DNA of 64,000 nt from Macrostomum lignano. Lineage: Eukaryota. The stretch is from NCBI GenBank assembly GCA_002269645.1, contig NIVC01000599.1, forward strand, positions 1-64,000, in the 5' to 3' direction. Shown piece after piece: positions 22,101-35,017 of this stretch. Numbering within the stretch: the first letter of the stretch is position 1; each line of letters starts with the position of its first letter. The notes under the pieces were generated by a model. It made no database searches. It was not told the origin of the DNA and was given only the letters and a program-made list of their open reading frames with translations. The translations under genes were made by a program, and so were the position numbers.

Positions 22101-24700
22101 TCCGTTGGCGGACAAAACTTTTCCGTTGGTAGACATTTTTCTCTGTTGGCGGACAATTTTCTCCGTTGGCGGACAATATTTGTCCGTTCGCGGACAAAAT
22201 TTCTCCGTTGGCGGACAAAACTTCTCCGTTGGCGGACAATTTTCTCCGTTGGCGGACAATTTTCTACGTTTGCGGACAATATTTGTCCGTTGGCGGACAA
22301 AACTTTTCCGTTGGTGGACATTTTACTTTGTTGGCGGACAATTTTCTCCGTTGGCGGACAATATTTGTCCGTTCGCGGACAAAACTTCTCCGTTGGCGAA
22401 CAAAACTTTTCCGTTGGTAGACATTTTTCGTTTTTGGCGGACAATTTTCTTCGATCGCGGACAATATTTGTCCCTTACCGACAAAACTTCTCCGTTGACG
22501 GACAAAATTTCTCCGTTGGCGGACAAAATTTCTCCGTTGGCGGACAAAATTTCTTCGTCGTCGAACAAAATTTGTCCGTCCATGGACAAAGTTTGTCCGT
22601 TCGCGGAAAATATTTGTCCGTAAGCGGACAAAATTTCTCCGTTGACGGACAAAACTTCTCCGTTGGCGGACAAATTTCTGTGCTGGCGGACAATATTTGT
22701 CCGTTGGCGGACAAAACTTCTCCGTTGGTAGACATTTTTCTTTGTTGGCGGACAATTTTCTCCGTTGGCGGACAATATTTGTCCGTTGGCGGACAAAATT
22801 TCTTTGTTGACGGACAAAACTTGTCAGTTGGCGGACAAATTTCTGTGCTGGCGGACAATATTTGTCCGTTGGCGGACAAAACTTTTCCGTTGGTAGACAT
22901 TTTTCTCTGTTGGCGGACAATTTTCTCCGTTGGCGGACAATATTTGTCCGTTCGCGGACAAAATTTCTCCGTTGGCGGACAAAACTTCTCCGTTGGCGGA
23001 CAATTTTCTCCGTTGGCGGACAATTTTCTACGTTTGCGGACAAAATTTCTTCGTTGACGGACAAAACTTGTCCGTTGGCATACAAAGTTTGTCCGTTGGC
23101 GGACAAAATTTCTCCGTTGGCGGACAAAATTTCTCCGTTGGCGGACAATATTTGTCAGTTGGCGGACAAAACTTTTCTGTTGGTGGACATTTTACTTTGT
23201 TGGCGGACAATTTTCTCCGTTGGCGGACAATATTTGTTCATTATCGGACAAAATTTCTCTGGTGGCGGACAATTTTCTTCGTTTGCGGACAATATTTGTC
23301 GGTTGGCGGACAATATTTGTCGGTTGGCGGACAAAACTTTTCCGTTGGTAGACATTTTTCTTTGTGGGCGGACAATTTTCCTCGTTGGCGGACAAAGTTT
23401 GTCCGTTGGTGGACAAAATTTCTTCGTTGACGGACAAAACTTTTCCGTTGGCGGACAATTTTCTTTGTTGGCGGACAATATTTGTTCGTTGGCGGACAAA
23501 ACTTCTCCGTTGGCGGACAATTTTCTTTGTTGGCGGACAATTTTCTCCGTTGTCGGACAATATTTGTCCGTTTGCGGACAAAATTTCTCCGTTGGCGGAC
23601 AAAACTTCTCCGTTCGCGGACAAAATTTCACTGTTGACGGACAATTTTCTCCGTTGGCGGACAATTTTCTTCGTTGGTGGACAATATTTGTCCGTTGGCG
23701 GACAAAATTTCTCCGTTGGCGGACAAAATTTCTCCGTTGGCGGACAGTTTTTTCCGTTGGCGGACAATTTTCTTCGTTGGTGGACAATATTCGTCCGTTG
23801 GCGGACGAAATTTCTCCGTTGACGGACAAAACTTTTCTGTGGGCGGACAATTTTCTTTGTTGGCGGACAATTTTCTTCGTTGGCGGACAATATTTGTCCG
23901 TTGGCGGACAAAACTTTTCCGTTGGTGGACATTTTTCTTTGTAAGGGGACAATTTTCTCCGTTGGCGGACAATTTTTTTCCGTTGGCGGACAAAATTTCT
24001 CCGTTGGTGGACAATTTTCTTTGTTAAGGGACAATTTTCTCCGTTGGCGGACAATATTTGTTCATTGGCGGACAAAATTTCTCTGGTGGCGGATAATTTT
24101 CTTCGTTTGCGGACAATATTTGTCGGTTGGCGGACAAAACCTTTCCGTTGATAGACATTTTTCTTTGTGGGCGGACAGTTTTCCTCGTTGGCGGACAATA
24201 TTTGTCCGTTAACGGACAAAACTTCTCCGTTGACGGACAAAACTTCTCTGATGGTGGACAAAATTTCTCCGTTGGCGGAAAAAACTTCTCCGTTGGCGGA
24301 ATATTTTCTTTGTTGGGGGGACAATTTTTTCCGTTAGCGGACAATATTTGTCCGTTGGCGGACAAAATTTCTCCGTTAACGGACAAAATTTCTCCGTTTG
24401 CGGGCAAAACTTTTTCGTTGGCGGACAATTTTCTTCGTTGGCGGACAATATTTGTCCGTTGGCGGACAAAATTTCTTCATTGGCGGACAGAACTTCTTCC
24501 TTGGCGGACAGAACTTCTCCGTTGCTGGATAATTTTCTCCGTTGGCGGACAAAGTTTCTTCGTTGGCGAACAAAATTTGTTTGTTGGCGGACAAAGTTTG
24601 TCCGTTCGCGGAAAATATTTCTCTGTTGTCGGACAAAATTTCTCCGTTGGCGGACAAAACTTTCCCGTTGGCACACAGTATTTTTCCGTTGGCGAACAAA
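19190..24700. repeat. ~5.5-kb complex satellite, ~21-bp base unit (GGCGGACAAAATTTCTCCGTT) with higher-order blocks
   Basis: GGCGGACAA recurs throughout at about 21-bp spacing. The diagnostic block GTCCATGGACAAAGTTTGTCCGTTCGCGGAAAATATT recurs at ~19930, 20280, 21025, 21610 and 22580. Confidence 0.95.
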
Positions 24701-25625
24701 ACTCCGCTGCCCACCGCGGCTCCCCCAACAGCTCCGCTGCCCACCGCGGCTCCCCCAACAGCTCCGCTGCCCACCGCGGCTCCCCCAACAGATCCGCTGG
24801 CCACCGCGGCTCCCCCAACAGCTCCGCTGCCCACCGCGGCTCCCCCAACAGCTCCGCTGGCCACCGCGGCTCCCCCAACAGCTCCGCTGGCCACCGCGGC
24901 TCCCCCAACAGCTCCGCTGCCCACCGCGGCTCCCCAACAGCTCCGCTGCCCACCGCGGCTCCCCAACAGCTCCGCTGGCCACCGCGGCTCCCCCAACAGC
25001 TCCGCTGGCCACCGCGGCTCCCCCAACAGCTCCGCTGCCCACCGCGGCTCCCCCAACAGCTCCGCTGCCCACCGCGGCTCCCCCAACAGCTCCGCTGCCC
25101 ACCGCGGCTCCCCCAACAGCTCCGCTGCCCACCGCGGCTCCCCCAACAGCTCCGCTGCCCACCGCGGCTCCCCCAACAGCTCCGCTGGCCACCGCGGCTC
25201 CCCCAACAGCTCCGCTGGCCACCGCGGCTCCCCCAACAGCTCCGCTGCCCACCGCGGCTCCCCCAACAGCTCCGCTGCCCACCGCGGCTCCCCCAACAGC
25301 TCCGCTGCCACCGCGGCTCCCCAACAGCTCCGCTGCCCACCGCGGCTCCCCAACAGCTCCGCTGCCCACCGCGGCTCCCCCAACAGCTCCGCTGCCCACC
25401 GCGGCTCCCCCAACAGCTCCGCTGCCCACCGCGGCTCCCCCAACAGCTCCGCTGGCCACCGCGGCTCCCCCAACAGCTCCGCTGCCCACCGCGGCTCCCC
25501 CAACAGCTCCGCTGCTTGACGCCACTCCCCCAACAGCTCCGCTGCCCACCGCGGCTCCCCCAACAGCTCCGCTGCCCACCGCGGCTCCCCCAACAGTTCC
25601 GCTGCCTGCCGCCTCTTCCCCATCA
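24701..25625. repeat. 30-bp GC-rich tandem array (CCGCTGCCCACCGCGGCTCCCCCAACAGCT), about 30 copies
   Basis: Direct inspection; a few copies lack one C in a C-run; the last copies degenerate. Confidence 0.95.
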
Positions 25626-26599
25626 GCTCCGCCTCTATCAGGATTTTAGGGAATTTACCACCTATTCGTCTGATCGGGTGCACGTTGTACACCGACAAAA
25701 TAATGGTTAACATAATGGGACATGCAGTTATCAACAAAGCATTCTCTAGGAAGCTTGATCGGCACAAATAATTGGCACCAGACGTATTGCTTTTGACGAT
25801 GTAAGAGACTTGCGCCAATTCAAAAGGGACGCCATATGTTTCTCAAGCAACACCTGTGAAGCGAAGTCACGTGATTTTTATGAGTATTTCAAGACACAGC
25901 AGTGGCAGAAAGAAAGATTAAGGTGAAGGTTGTGAAGTGAGTTGTTTTTTATTCAGGCTAGTATTTTGCGTTGGTTTAGCTTACGCCTGTAGCAGAGAAA
26001 GTGGTCAAACTCGGGAAAGTGGAAGTTAAAAAATGACCCCGGTTGGCATTTATTGCATTTCATTATATCAAGAACTTTTATTGAAATGTTAGACCTACAT
26101 TCCTTGGTTCTAGCTCGTATGAGTGATCCAAAGATCAAATACTAAGTTTGCTGCTCAATCTGCTTTCCATATATACCTTGCTTGAGAAGCATATGGATCA
26201 GTGAGGAGTCTGGCTAGTCTCGTTTAGATCGTCAAAAGCAATACTACAGCATGGCATTTCAATGTATTTCAAGAGATTCAAACGGTTATTACGCTAGTAG
26301 CATTCAACAGCAGATTGGTTTCGGCGCCACGCAATGTAAAATTTTTGGCGCAATGTTACGTCAGTACATGCGGAAGTACTATATAGCTGTAATGCAAAAC
26401 AGCGGCAGTAGCTAAATATTGACACCCAATATTTAGCTACTGCCGCGTAATATTTTGCGAAAATATTACACGCAATAAATAGCATTGACACCAAACGGTA
26501 AAAAGTAAAACACAAGAAAAGTACACGGAATTAAAAGTAAATAGTTGGCTTGGTAGGTTCGGAATTAAATCAGTGAAACAGTAAGAAGCATAAACTTTT

Positions 26600-27478
26600 G
26601 AACCGTGAGTACGCGATATGCACCATCAACAACAACAACAAGGCAAACCGCCGGGGACTCAACAGAGTACAGTTCACAATGGAGGCGGTGTCAGATCAGT
26701 TTTCTCGGTGGGAGCTCTCTGAAGGCGGCAACAGCATTCCTGGCCGATCACCCCAGCATCATCCAGCAGGCAATCCGCGTAGCGGCTCGCCCGGCCGTAG
26801 CCTCGGGGCCAGGGGCCCTGCATCGTGAGTAGCAGGACGTCCTGCACTGGTTGAGAACAGTAAGCCTCCGCCGAATGGTGTGGCCCGCCAGTTGAAGTCT
26901 GCCTGCGGAGGTTCTCGCTAGGTCGTCGCAGCAGTCTGGCAGCGCGGCGTTCTACAGGACAACTCAGATGGAGCGGAAGGCAACCCAGGCCAGGCCCTGC
27001 GTCGCGCCAAGTCCTCCTGGACACTGGGCACAAGACTGCCGAGGTACGTGAAGCGCGTGCAGCGAGGTAGAGCCGCTGCACGATCGTCGGGCGTCCCAGC
27101 AGGTGATTTTGATAGGCAGCTCCGCAGGTACACACATCACCTGCGTCTTTTCGATGTTCACCGCTAGCCCGATCGATGCCGCAGCTGCCACAAGGCTGTC
27201 TAGCATGCGCTGGGCTCCCTCAGCCGTAGAGGCAAGCAGCGCCAGGCCGTCGGCGTAACCCAGGAGCGGCAGCCACTTCTCCAGATGGCGGCTGTTTGTT
27301 TGCAGGCACAGTAGGAAGCTGTCCTCATCTGTTGGCAGGGCCCTCCATAGCACCCTATCGAGCACCAACACGAAAAGGTAGGCCGCAAGCGTGTCGCCTT
27401 GCAGCACCCTGAGGTCGTGTTGAACAGGTCGGACAGTACGTCAGGTGCCACTACGGCGGCAAGGGTCTCCTGGTAGAG
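26600..27478 (-). mobile_element. Degenerate RTE-clade retrotransposon fragment (RT C-terminal half)
   Basis: LQGDTLAAYLFVLVLDRVL, LGYADGLALL (YADD>YADG), RFTYLGSLVPS, YNAALPDCCDDLA; several frameshifts; related to the 4360-6500 copy. Confidence 0.8.
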
Positions 27479-28849
27479 AGCTAACTATACTAGCCTATTT
27501 AATTACTTGTAATTTTATGTAATATTACTAGCCAATAAATATTTTTATATTTGATTTCATTGCAATAAAAAATTAATAAAAAATTCTCTATATTTATAAA
27601 ATTGTTGACTCAAAATTCTTTCTTGTTATTTCTCATAACTATAATTAATATTTCAAATATGTATATATTAGGAATTATTAATTTTTCTTGATTTGTAAAT
27701 AAAAAATTCCTCTGCAATTTCCAATATTTTGCACTTATTTTAAGTAAAATGAGTGCTTTTATGCGTTTTTGTGTTTCCATCAGTTTAGCCTGCTATTGGG
27801 CTATCTAGAAACTGCAGACTGACAGAATGCATTCTTTTCTTAGGGATATTCCCTAGTCGCCAGTTACATTGCCACAATGTTGTAATATAATGTTGCTGAA
27901 TTGTTGCCATCAATGTTGCCACAACAGATTATTTGTTGTGGCATTGTCAACATTGGCAATGTTGTAACAACATTGATACATCTTACTACTCTACTCTGAG
28001 TAGTGCAGCGAGAGTTGTGAATGAAATAAAGTAAGGCATAAAATTGTTAAACCAGAATTATTTTAGCTCTGAACATACCTGCTGTAGTGCTTTTCTAATT
28101 CAAAAGAATGGAAGCATGTTTTAAAATTTAAAATTAGTAATATATTTGAGGTTTAGTTATATTGATTTATAATAGCAAATTAAAGGCACCCAAACATTTT
28201 GCGGATAATAAAAATTTAAAATATTCTAAGATTGTCTTCTGTGAATATATTAAAAACAATTATTAACAACTTATATAAAATTGGTGAATGAATTTTGAGA
28301 AAAATATTTTGCAATTAGAATAAAATAAGTTGCCAGAAAATATAAAAATTTCTCAAAATTATCTTCTTGTCACAAAGTTTTTATAGCTCACTAGAAAGCT
28401 GCTCTAGCTTGTCATTTTCTCAGCTAATGCAGTCCAGGTTTTGCAATGTATATCAATCAGGGCATAGTGTAGATGCAGATGCTTGAAAACTACATCACTG
28501 ATGCTCGCGGGTGTGGGCTGCTTATGTGTAGACATCGTACAACACCTGATAATAGGAGATTGAATTAAAAATTATGAGTAAACTCAGGAAGCAAAACAGT
28601 GAAAAAATAGGTAAGTGTAGGCAGAAAAATGCTGCTATTTACTTTAAATAAGCTGAAGTAAAAGAAGACCAAGCTGATCAAAATACTTCTTGGTGATACC
28701 TTGCCACTTCCACTTGGCATGGAACACTACACGCTTGTTGAAAGTGTCTTGCTGAATAGTAGGCTACTTGCTTTTTGTTTAGATGTTATCCATATGACCA
28801 TTGTTATGATTTTGAAGAGAATAAACTCCTTCATGGTGAGCATGATGTC

Positions 28850-30240
28850 CAGCGATTCCACTGGGTTCTCAGCCCCGTCCAAGGCCGTCCGGTCTTTTAA
28901 TGACTGAGACCTTGACATTTTGTCGAGGGTGAGAGCCTTAACCACGCGTGAATTAGGCCGGGCGAGTGCCTTCTAACTCCGCGCAGTATTTGCGCCATTT
29001 GTCGACTTGGCTTTCCTGGTTTTACACTTAAAGTCGCGGATCGCGTCTTGATAGGCGGCTTGGTCAGCTGGGTCCTTGCTTTTGCAAGCTTTCCGTAGGA
29101 GGCACTTTGCCTTGCGCCGGAGGGATCCAAGCGCCGGGTGCCACCAGGGGGGCGGATTTTTTGCCTTTGTAGGCTTTAGGAGGACTGGAAGCCTCATGTG
29201 CCTCATGGCACTTCCTGACAGGTGGTTGGAGCGGCGGTAGTCAGCCGATCTGTCTGGCATTTCAGGGTTTCTGCGAAAGCCGTCCAGTCAGTGTTCCGGA
29301 CGTTCCTTTTCCACAGGATGTTGGGTTTGGCAAGAGGATCGAAAACGAACGAAGCGATGGTCAGACAGAGACTCTTCTTCGTCCCACACCTCCCAGTCCT
29401 TGACCAGAGGAGCCAAACCATGGGAGACGAGGGTTATGTCACGGGCCTCCGTCCATCGCCCGTTGTCAAAGGTGGGTGTTCCACCAATTTCGCAAAACTC
29501 AGTGTTGGTGGTGCAGATGTAAGCAAGGAGTTCCTCGCCTCTGCTGTTGGAAGTATTACTGCCCCAGTGGGTGTGGTGAGCGTTGACGTCGCCCGCCACC
29601 AGCAGCTCGAACCTACGGTTAGAGCAGTAGTCCACGAGGGAGATGAGGTTGGGTGGAACCGCGGGGCCATCGCCAGGGAAATAAATCGAGGCGATGATGA
29701 CCGTGCGGTTGGTGATTATGTGGTTGGGGGGGGGGGACTGAATGACACAGAGGTCTCTGTCAGAGAGGTCCTGTCTGTGCCAAGCTTTGAGATGGGTAGA
29801 CACGAACATGGCTGCTCTGGGGTTTTGGGGTGTCCTGAAAACAGTCAAAACCAGCAGGAATATTCGGAATCTTACCTTTCTTCGTCCAGGGCTCCTGGAG
29901 TAGGATAATGCCCGGTTTCACGAAGGTTGCCACCTGCATCAGGTTGGTCGAGGCCGCGATGCAGTGGTGTAGGTTTAGCTGCAGGATGTCTACTCCGGGG
30001 ATTCCACGGGTCCGCGCAGCTTCCTGTGCAGCGAGTTGTGCAGGAGAGCTGTCTCTTCTACCTCGCCGATGGCTCCAGGCTCCAGTTCCATGGGCTCCTC
30101 CAGGATGGTCTCCATGGTCGAGGGCGGGGCCGCCACCTGGGCGGCATTCTCGCTCTCGGCCCAGTTTTCCGGGGGGCGCAGTGGTGACACTGGGCTGGGG
30201 GTTGCTGCGGTTGTTGGCCTTGGTGGTGTCCAGCAGCTGC
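28850..30240 (-). mobile_element. R1/LOA-like non-LTR retrotransposon fragment: ORF1 tail + AP endonuclease of ORF2, truncated before RT
   Basis: ILQLNLHHC, ILLQEPW, IASIYFP, LVAGDVNAHHTHWGS, RGEELL, TPTF, SLSDHRFVRF, PPWWHPAL; frameshifted. Confidence 0.82.
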
Positions 30241-30289
30241 TTCGCGCGCTGAGTCAGACCAGAGCGGATAGTGGACTGCTGCTGGGCTT

Positions 30290-30960
30290 TGGTCAGAAGA
30301 ATTGCTCTCGTCTCCTCGACCAGCTCCTTGACCTTTATGGTGGACCGGCACACGGAGGAGAAGTGGTTTGCACGACCGCAGGCGCATGTTTTGCCGAATG
30401 CCGGGCACTTGCGCCGCTCATGCTGCTTCCCGCAGAAGCCGCAGTTGCGAGCCATCTTGGCTGGGCCTGCTGGTGCCTTGGCCCGGCATTGCAGGGCGTC
30501 GCCGGTCACAGGTACTGGCGCAGGTGCTGCTCGGCTAGTTCGTGTCGAGGTCAGGGCCGCGCCTGTCGCTTTGATGTCTCCGATGCTCGTCCTATCTGAA
30601 TTGCACAGTTCAGAGTCAACTTTGATTCCCGTAGAAATCTTTCTCGCAGAGCTGGGTCGCTGACACCGATGACGACCCGATCTCGGAAGATGCTGTTCTT
30701 GATCTCGTCGTTGTCAGGTATACTGTAGTTGCAGCGCTTCACGAGCTGGCGTAGAGAACCCACGAACTGGTCGAAGTCCTCCGCTTCTCCTTGCATTCTG
30801 GTGCGCAGCTGATAGCGTTCAAATATCTCGTTGGAGAGATGCTGGCAGTAGACATCAAACTTCTTGATCAAATCCTCGTTCTTTTTCACTTCCGCAGTAG
30901 GAAACGTGGCATAGACATCTTGCCCATCTGGTCCTAGAGCTGACTCGCTTCTCGAACATC
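30290..30960 (-). mobile_element. Ty3/Gypsy-type gag fragment with zinc knuckles
   Basis: FERYQLRTRMQGEAEDFDQFVGSLRQLVKRCNY, RDRVVIGVSDPALRERFLRESKLTL, CGFCGKQH...CPAFGKTCACGRANHFSSVC. Confidence 0.8.
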
Positions 30961-33900
30961 AGTAGCATCAACTCAAACGCCGACAAAAAGCAGAATTCGC
31001 AGGTAGAGGACCTTGCTTGCGCTTCGAAAACAGTGTACGCATCGTTAATAAATGCCTACAAGATGAGAGAAAAATATATATTTGAAATATTAATTATAGT
31101 TATGAGAAAAAACAAGAAAGAATTTTGAGTCAACAATTTTATAAATATAGAGAATTTTTTATTAATTTTTTTATTACAATGAAATCAAATATAAAAATTA
31201 ATACATACATAAAATTACAAGTAATTAAATAGGCTAGTATAGTCAATATTATTACTGTATGTTATACTTGTTATTCTTTTATAAAAGTATACTAAGTGCC
31301 TGTCTTATATAATTGAATTTAAATTTATTGGAAAAACACTATAGAATCTTAAATGGGTATTATGTTTATAATTTGACTTAATAGAAGCGAAGAGATATCA
31401 AAATAGAGGCTTCTAGCCAGTTGTAAAAAGCATCAAGCCAAGAAATACTAATTTTATTGCCTGTACTGATATTAACACTTTGACTGTGTGTTTCAAGACA
31501 TAATTGAAAAATATATCTAAACATATAGGAAGTAAAATTGCATAAAAGTCTTCATTATTAAGTATGGGCACAAAAATACCACACGACATATAAATATAAT
31601 GTATTTTTGTGCGCAAGTGCGCTACATGTTCTGCCTGCCACTTGCGCAATAAAGACTCGTAGTTCAAAATATTTTTTTCAAGTTTTTGCTTCGCATTAAA
31701 TAAATAGCTTAACAATCAACACAAAAGGGAATGCAAAAATGCTGATGAAAGTGATGAAATTTTACTTTGATAACTTTTTTAACAGGAAAATTTACTATTT
31801 TTCGACTCGGGAAACGCACTTAATTTCGTTCACCGCGGAGTTCAGCGGCAGTCATTCACCACCGGAATTTCACAAAAACCGTTCTCCTGCAGTTCAGGAG
31901 CAATGCGCAACGCTGAAATTTTATGCGCACGTCGAAATCTGCCTATATTTTGCTTTGAAATATTGCATGACAGGTTTTCAGCTCTCTGGAAGGATTTATT
32001 GGGTTCACCGCCGGTTCACCGCCGCTTCACCGCCAAAAAATATAACAAAAATCGCCCTCCTGATGTCCGCTGGCAACGCGCAGAGCCAAAAACTTGCGCT
32101 ATCGACTATATATTTTTTAAGCCTTAAAAATAAAGTTAAAAATCCGGTGAACCCAAGTGTCGGTGAAATCAGTAGTTAGTTGCATGCATGCCCACCCAAC
32201 GGGTCTGTATAAAAGCTGGCAACGGACACTGGCATACTGGCATCACTGGCAGCAGTGTACTAAAACAAATATTTTTCTAATGTTTATATTTAATAAAAGT
32301 CCAGTGTCAGTTTAACTAAAAGTGTATATATTTATTAATAAAATTTAAGATTTTATTGCAATTTTTAAAAATGTAATAAGCAAAATTCTAAATCATCAAT
32401 TTTTTAAATTTCCACTGGCATTTTGCATTGACTTCACATAATATGCATTTTATACGAGCTAATCAAATGACAATTAACTCCTTTTTATCGTTATCATTTT
32501 CTCGAGCCTCTCTATGAACTTCGTTTTTTGCACTCTGCCTTTGCTCCTATACGGCACAAAATTTAAATTTGTGTAAAATCATAAAATGAATTGCAATTTT
32601 TCAGTGAACAAAATATACAGTTCTTTCTTATCACTGAAAAGTGCGTGTCTTCAATTACTTAAGCCACTTTCCATTTTTACTACTAGTAGTATTACTAAAA
32701 CTGCTACATCTTTAACTGTATATATGTAACCTGTATGCATACTGCATTATGGCACATTGAGTGCATATATCCACCTTTGATTTCTTTCATATCAGCTTTG
32801 CATGTCTTAATACATTTAATTCTGTTGAACTCAGACGGTTATATCTGCCCTGATTTGTTGATTAACTCAGAGAATATCCGTCTTAGCCCCCATCTGGATG
32901 CATGACTGTAGGCTGTAACTCGGCCACAATATAAAATTTTATTTTATTAGGCCGTCTTTAATTCGAAGCAACATGTACACTTATTAGGTCAGTAAATGAT
33001 GTCTTAAAGTCAATTAATTGTTCTAGATAATTTTCAACACGACACACATACATGTATTGCATGAAAAAGTAATTCTATATACATACAGAGTAATTACATT
33101 ACTTCCTTTTACATGTATAGAAATTTTACTATGGTACCAGTTAACAAAAATTACAATGGTGGCGTAACGAAAATTGCAAGGTCGCAACAAAACGCCGATG
33201 CGAAGTTACCTACTAGTAGGGCACTGCGACTCTGTTTCCTTAAGCGACCTTCTGGTGACAACATCTGGATGTACACACATCTGGTTTTGGTTGCAGGCAA
33301 TCTTAGGCTATACTTGCCAGTTCCTTGTAATTCAGTAAGTATAAAAGTAGCATGGAAATGCAACTACCCAGCTTCATTTTTGTGAATTTTTAATGAGAAA
33401 ATACCAACTTTTTAATAATAATTTTTCCTATCAAGAAAATCCATTCATAATTCACCAAAAATTTACATGTCATCTTATGTTTATGTTTTTACTTAGTTTT
33501 TTTCTTGTCATGTCTACAGTTTTATTCCTTGATCCTTTATTTCATTTTTCATTACAAAGAGTTTGCATGGTTGTTGATTAAATATTTCTGTATTGTCTCA
33601 AAATAAAACAAATCTATGTGTATTTCAGCATCTAGTTTGCTTCTTCTGGGACTTTGACAACACAAAAATTTAGCAGGTAATGTTGCTTCTTGCTTATTTT
33701 AAATGTATTTTTGCTTTTATTTTTGGAAATTATGAATTTCTTTTTTTTTAAATTATATACCTCTTTTTCATGGTTGCAATTAATGTTTATATCGCCAAAT
33801 TTAATTGTTTCATAGTGCTTTCGTTCAAATATTGTGTGAGTTTTCACACATAAATTTTCAGTTATAAAGTATACGGCCGCCAAATCAATACTTCAAGAAG

Positions 33901-34279
33901 GATACTATAAAGTGCACCAAGGCTGATATATGCAAATAAAAAACATGATTGTGGGAGTGTACATTTCTTAGTCAAATCCTGAACAATGCAGCTATTTTAT
34001 GTCCAAGAAACAAGCTGTTGAAACCCGCGGATTTTGAACCCGGGGAATTCCAATCCCCGGAACTACTTTTGCATGTATTCTGAAATCTAAGGCCATACCC
34101 CATACACAAACAAATTAATAGTTAGTAGGATAGAGGTAGACATAAATTGGAGCACATTTGTGTAAAATTAGGTTTTGAGGCAAACGTTGATATTGTTTGC
34201 TGGAATGCTAGGGTACTCCACAGAATGCCAGGCAATGTCTGTCTGACTCTAAAACATGTATTGGCAAACTCTGGCCTCT

Positions 34280-34953
34280 CCCTGACTCTCCCTATGTCCC
34301 TTGGATCCTTTAAAATTTCTATCGTCTCTTCTGTTTCCTTTCTTCTTTCATCCCTCGTCTCTCGTCTCTCCTCTCTCTTCTCTCCTCTCTTCTTTCGTAT
34401 CTTCCCTCATCTCTCTTCTCTTTCATCTCTCTTATCTCATCTCTTCCCTATTCTTTTCTCTCTCCTCTCCTCTCTCCTTTCTACTTTTCGTTTTCTCTCT
34501 GCTCTCCTCTCTCCTCTCTACTCTTTCGTTTTCTCTCTCCTCTCCTCTCTCTTCTCTCCCCATCTTCTCTCGTCTCTTCCTTCTCCTCTCTATTCTTTTC
34601 TCTCTTCTCTTAACTCTCTCCTCTACTCTCTCATCTCTCCTCTCTACTCTTTCCTCTCTCTCTCCTCTCTCCCCTCTTCTCTCGTCTCTTCCCTCACCTC
34701 TTTCCTCTCTCTCTTTCCTCTCAGCTCTTTTCTTGTTTTATCTCTTCTCTCTCCCCTCGTCGCTCGTCTCTTCCCTCACCTCTTTCCTCTCTCTCTTTCC
34801 TCTCATCTCTTTTCTTGTTTTATCTCTTCTCTCTCCCCTCGTCGCTCGTCTCTTCCCTCACCTCTCTTCTCTCTCGTCCGCTCTTTCATCTCTCCTTTCT
34901 CTTCTTTTATATTTTCTCTCTTATCTCTTCTCGTTTATCTCTGCTCTGCGCTT

Positions 34954-35017
<64 letters not shown>

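Larger units (their letters stand above)
27484..31243. mobile_element. 3.76-kb element bounded by ~175-bp AT-rich terminal inverted repeats, carrying retroelement fragments
   Basis: 27484-27665 (ACTATACTAGCCTATTTAATTACTTG...TTGTTGACTCAAAATTC...) is the reverse complement of ~31075-31243 apart from a small indel. TSD is not unambiguous (possibly TA). Confidence 0.75.

Noticed and set aside
19247-25818. Dozens of 100-690-aa ORFs (CPPTEKF, RQRRNFV, SANGEIL, GGQNFSV repeats)
   Set aside because: They overlap in all six frames and simply reflect a stop-free satellite unit; no unique domain or splice evidence.
31413-31715. 100-aa minus ORF containing SCGIFV, reminiscent of a Ulp1 Cys motif
   Set aside because: No upstream Gln, His or Asp motifs; AT-rich composition; insufficient evidence.
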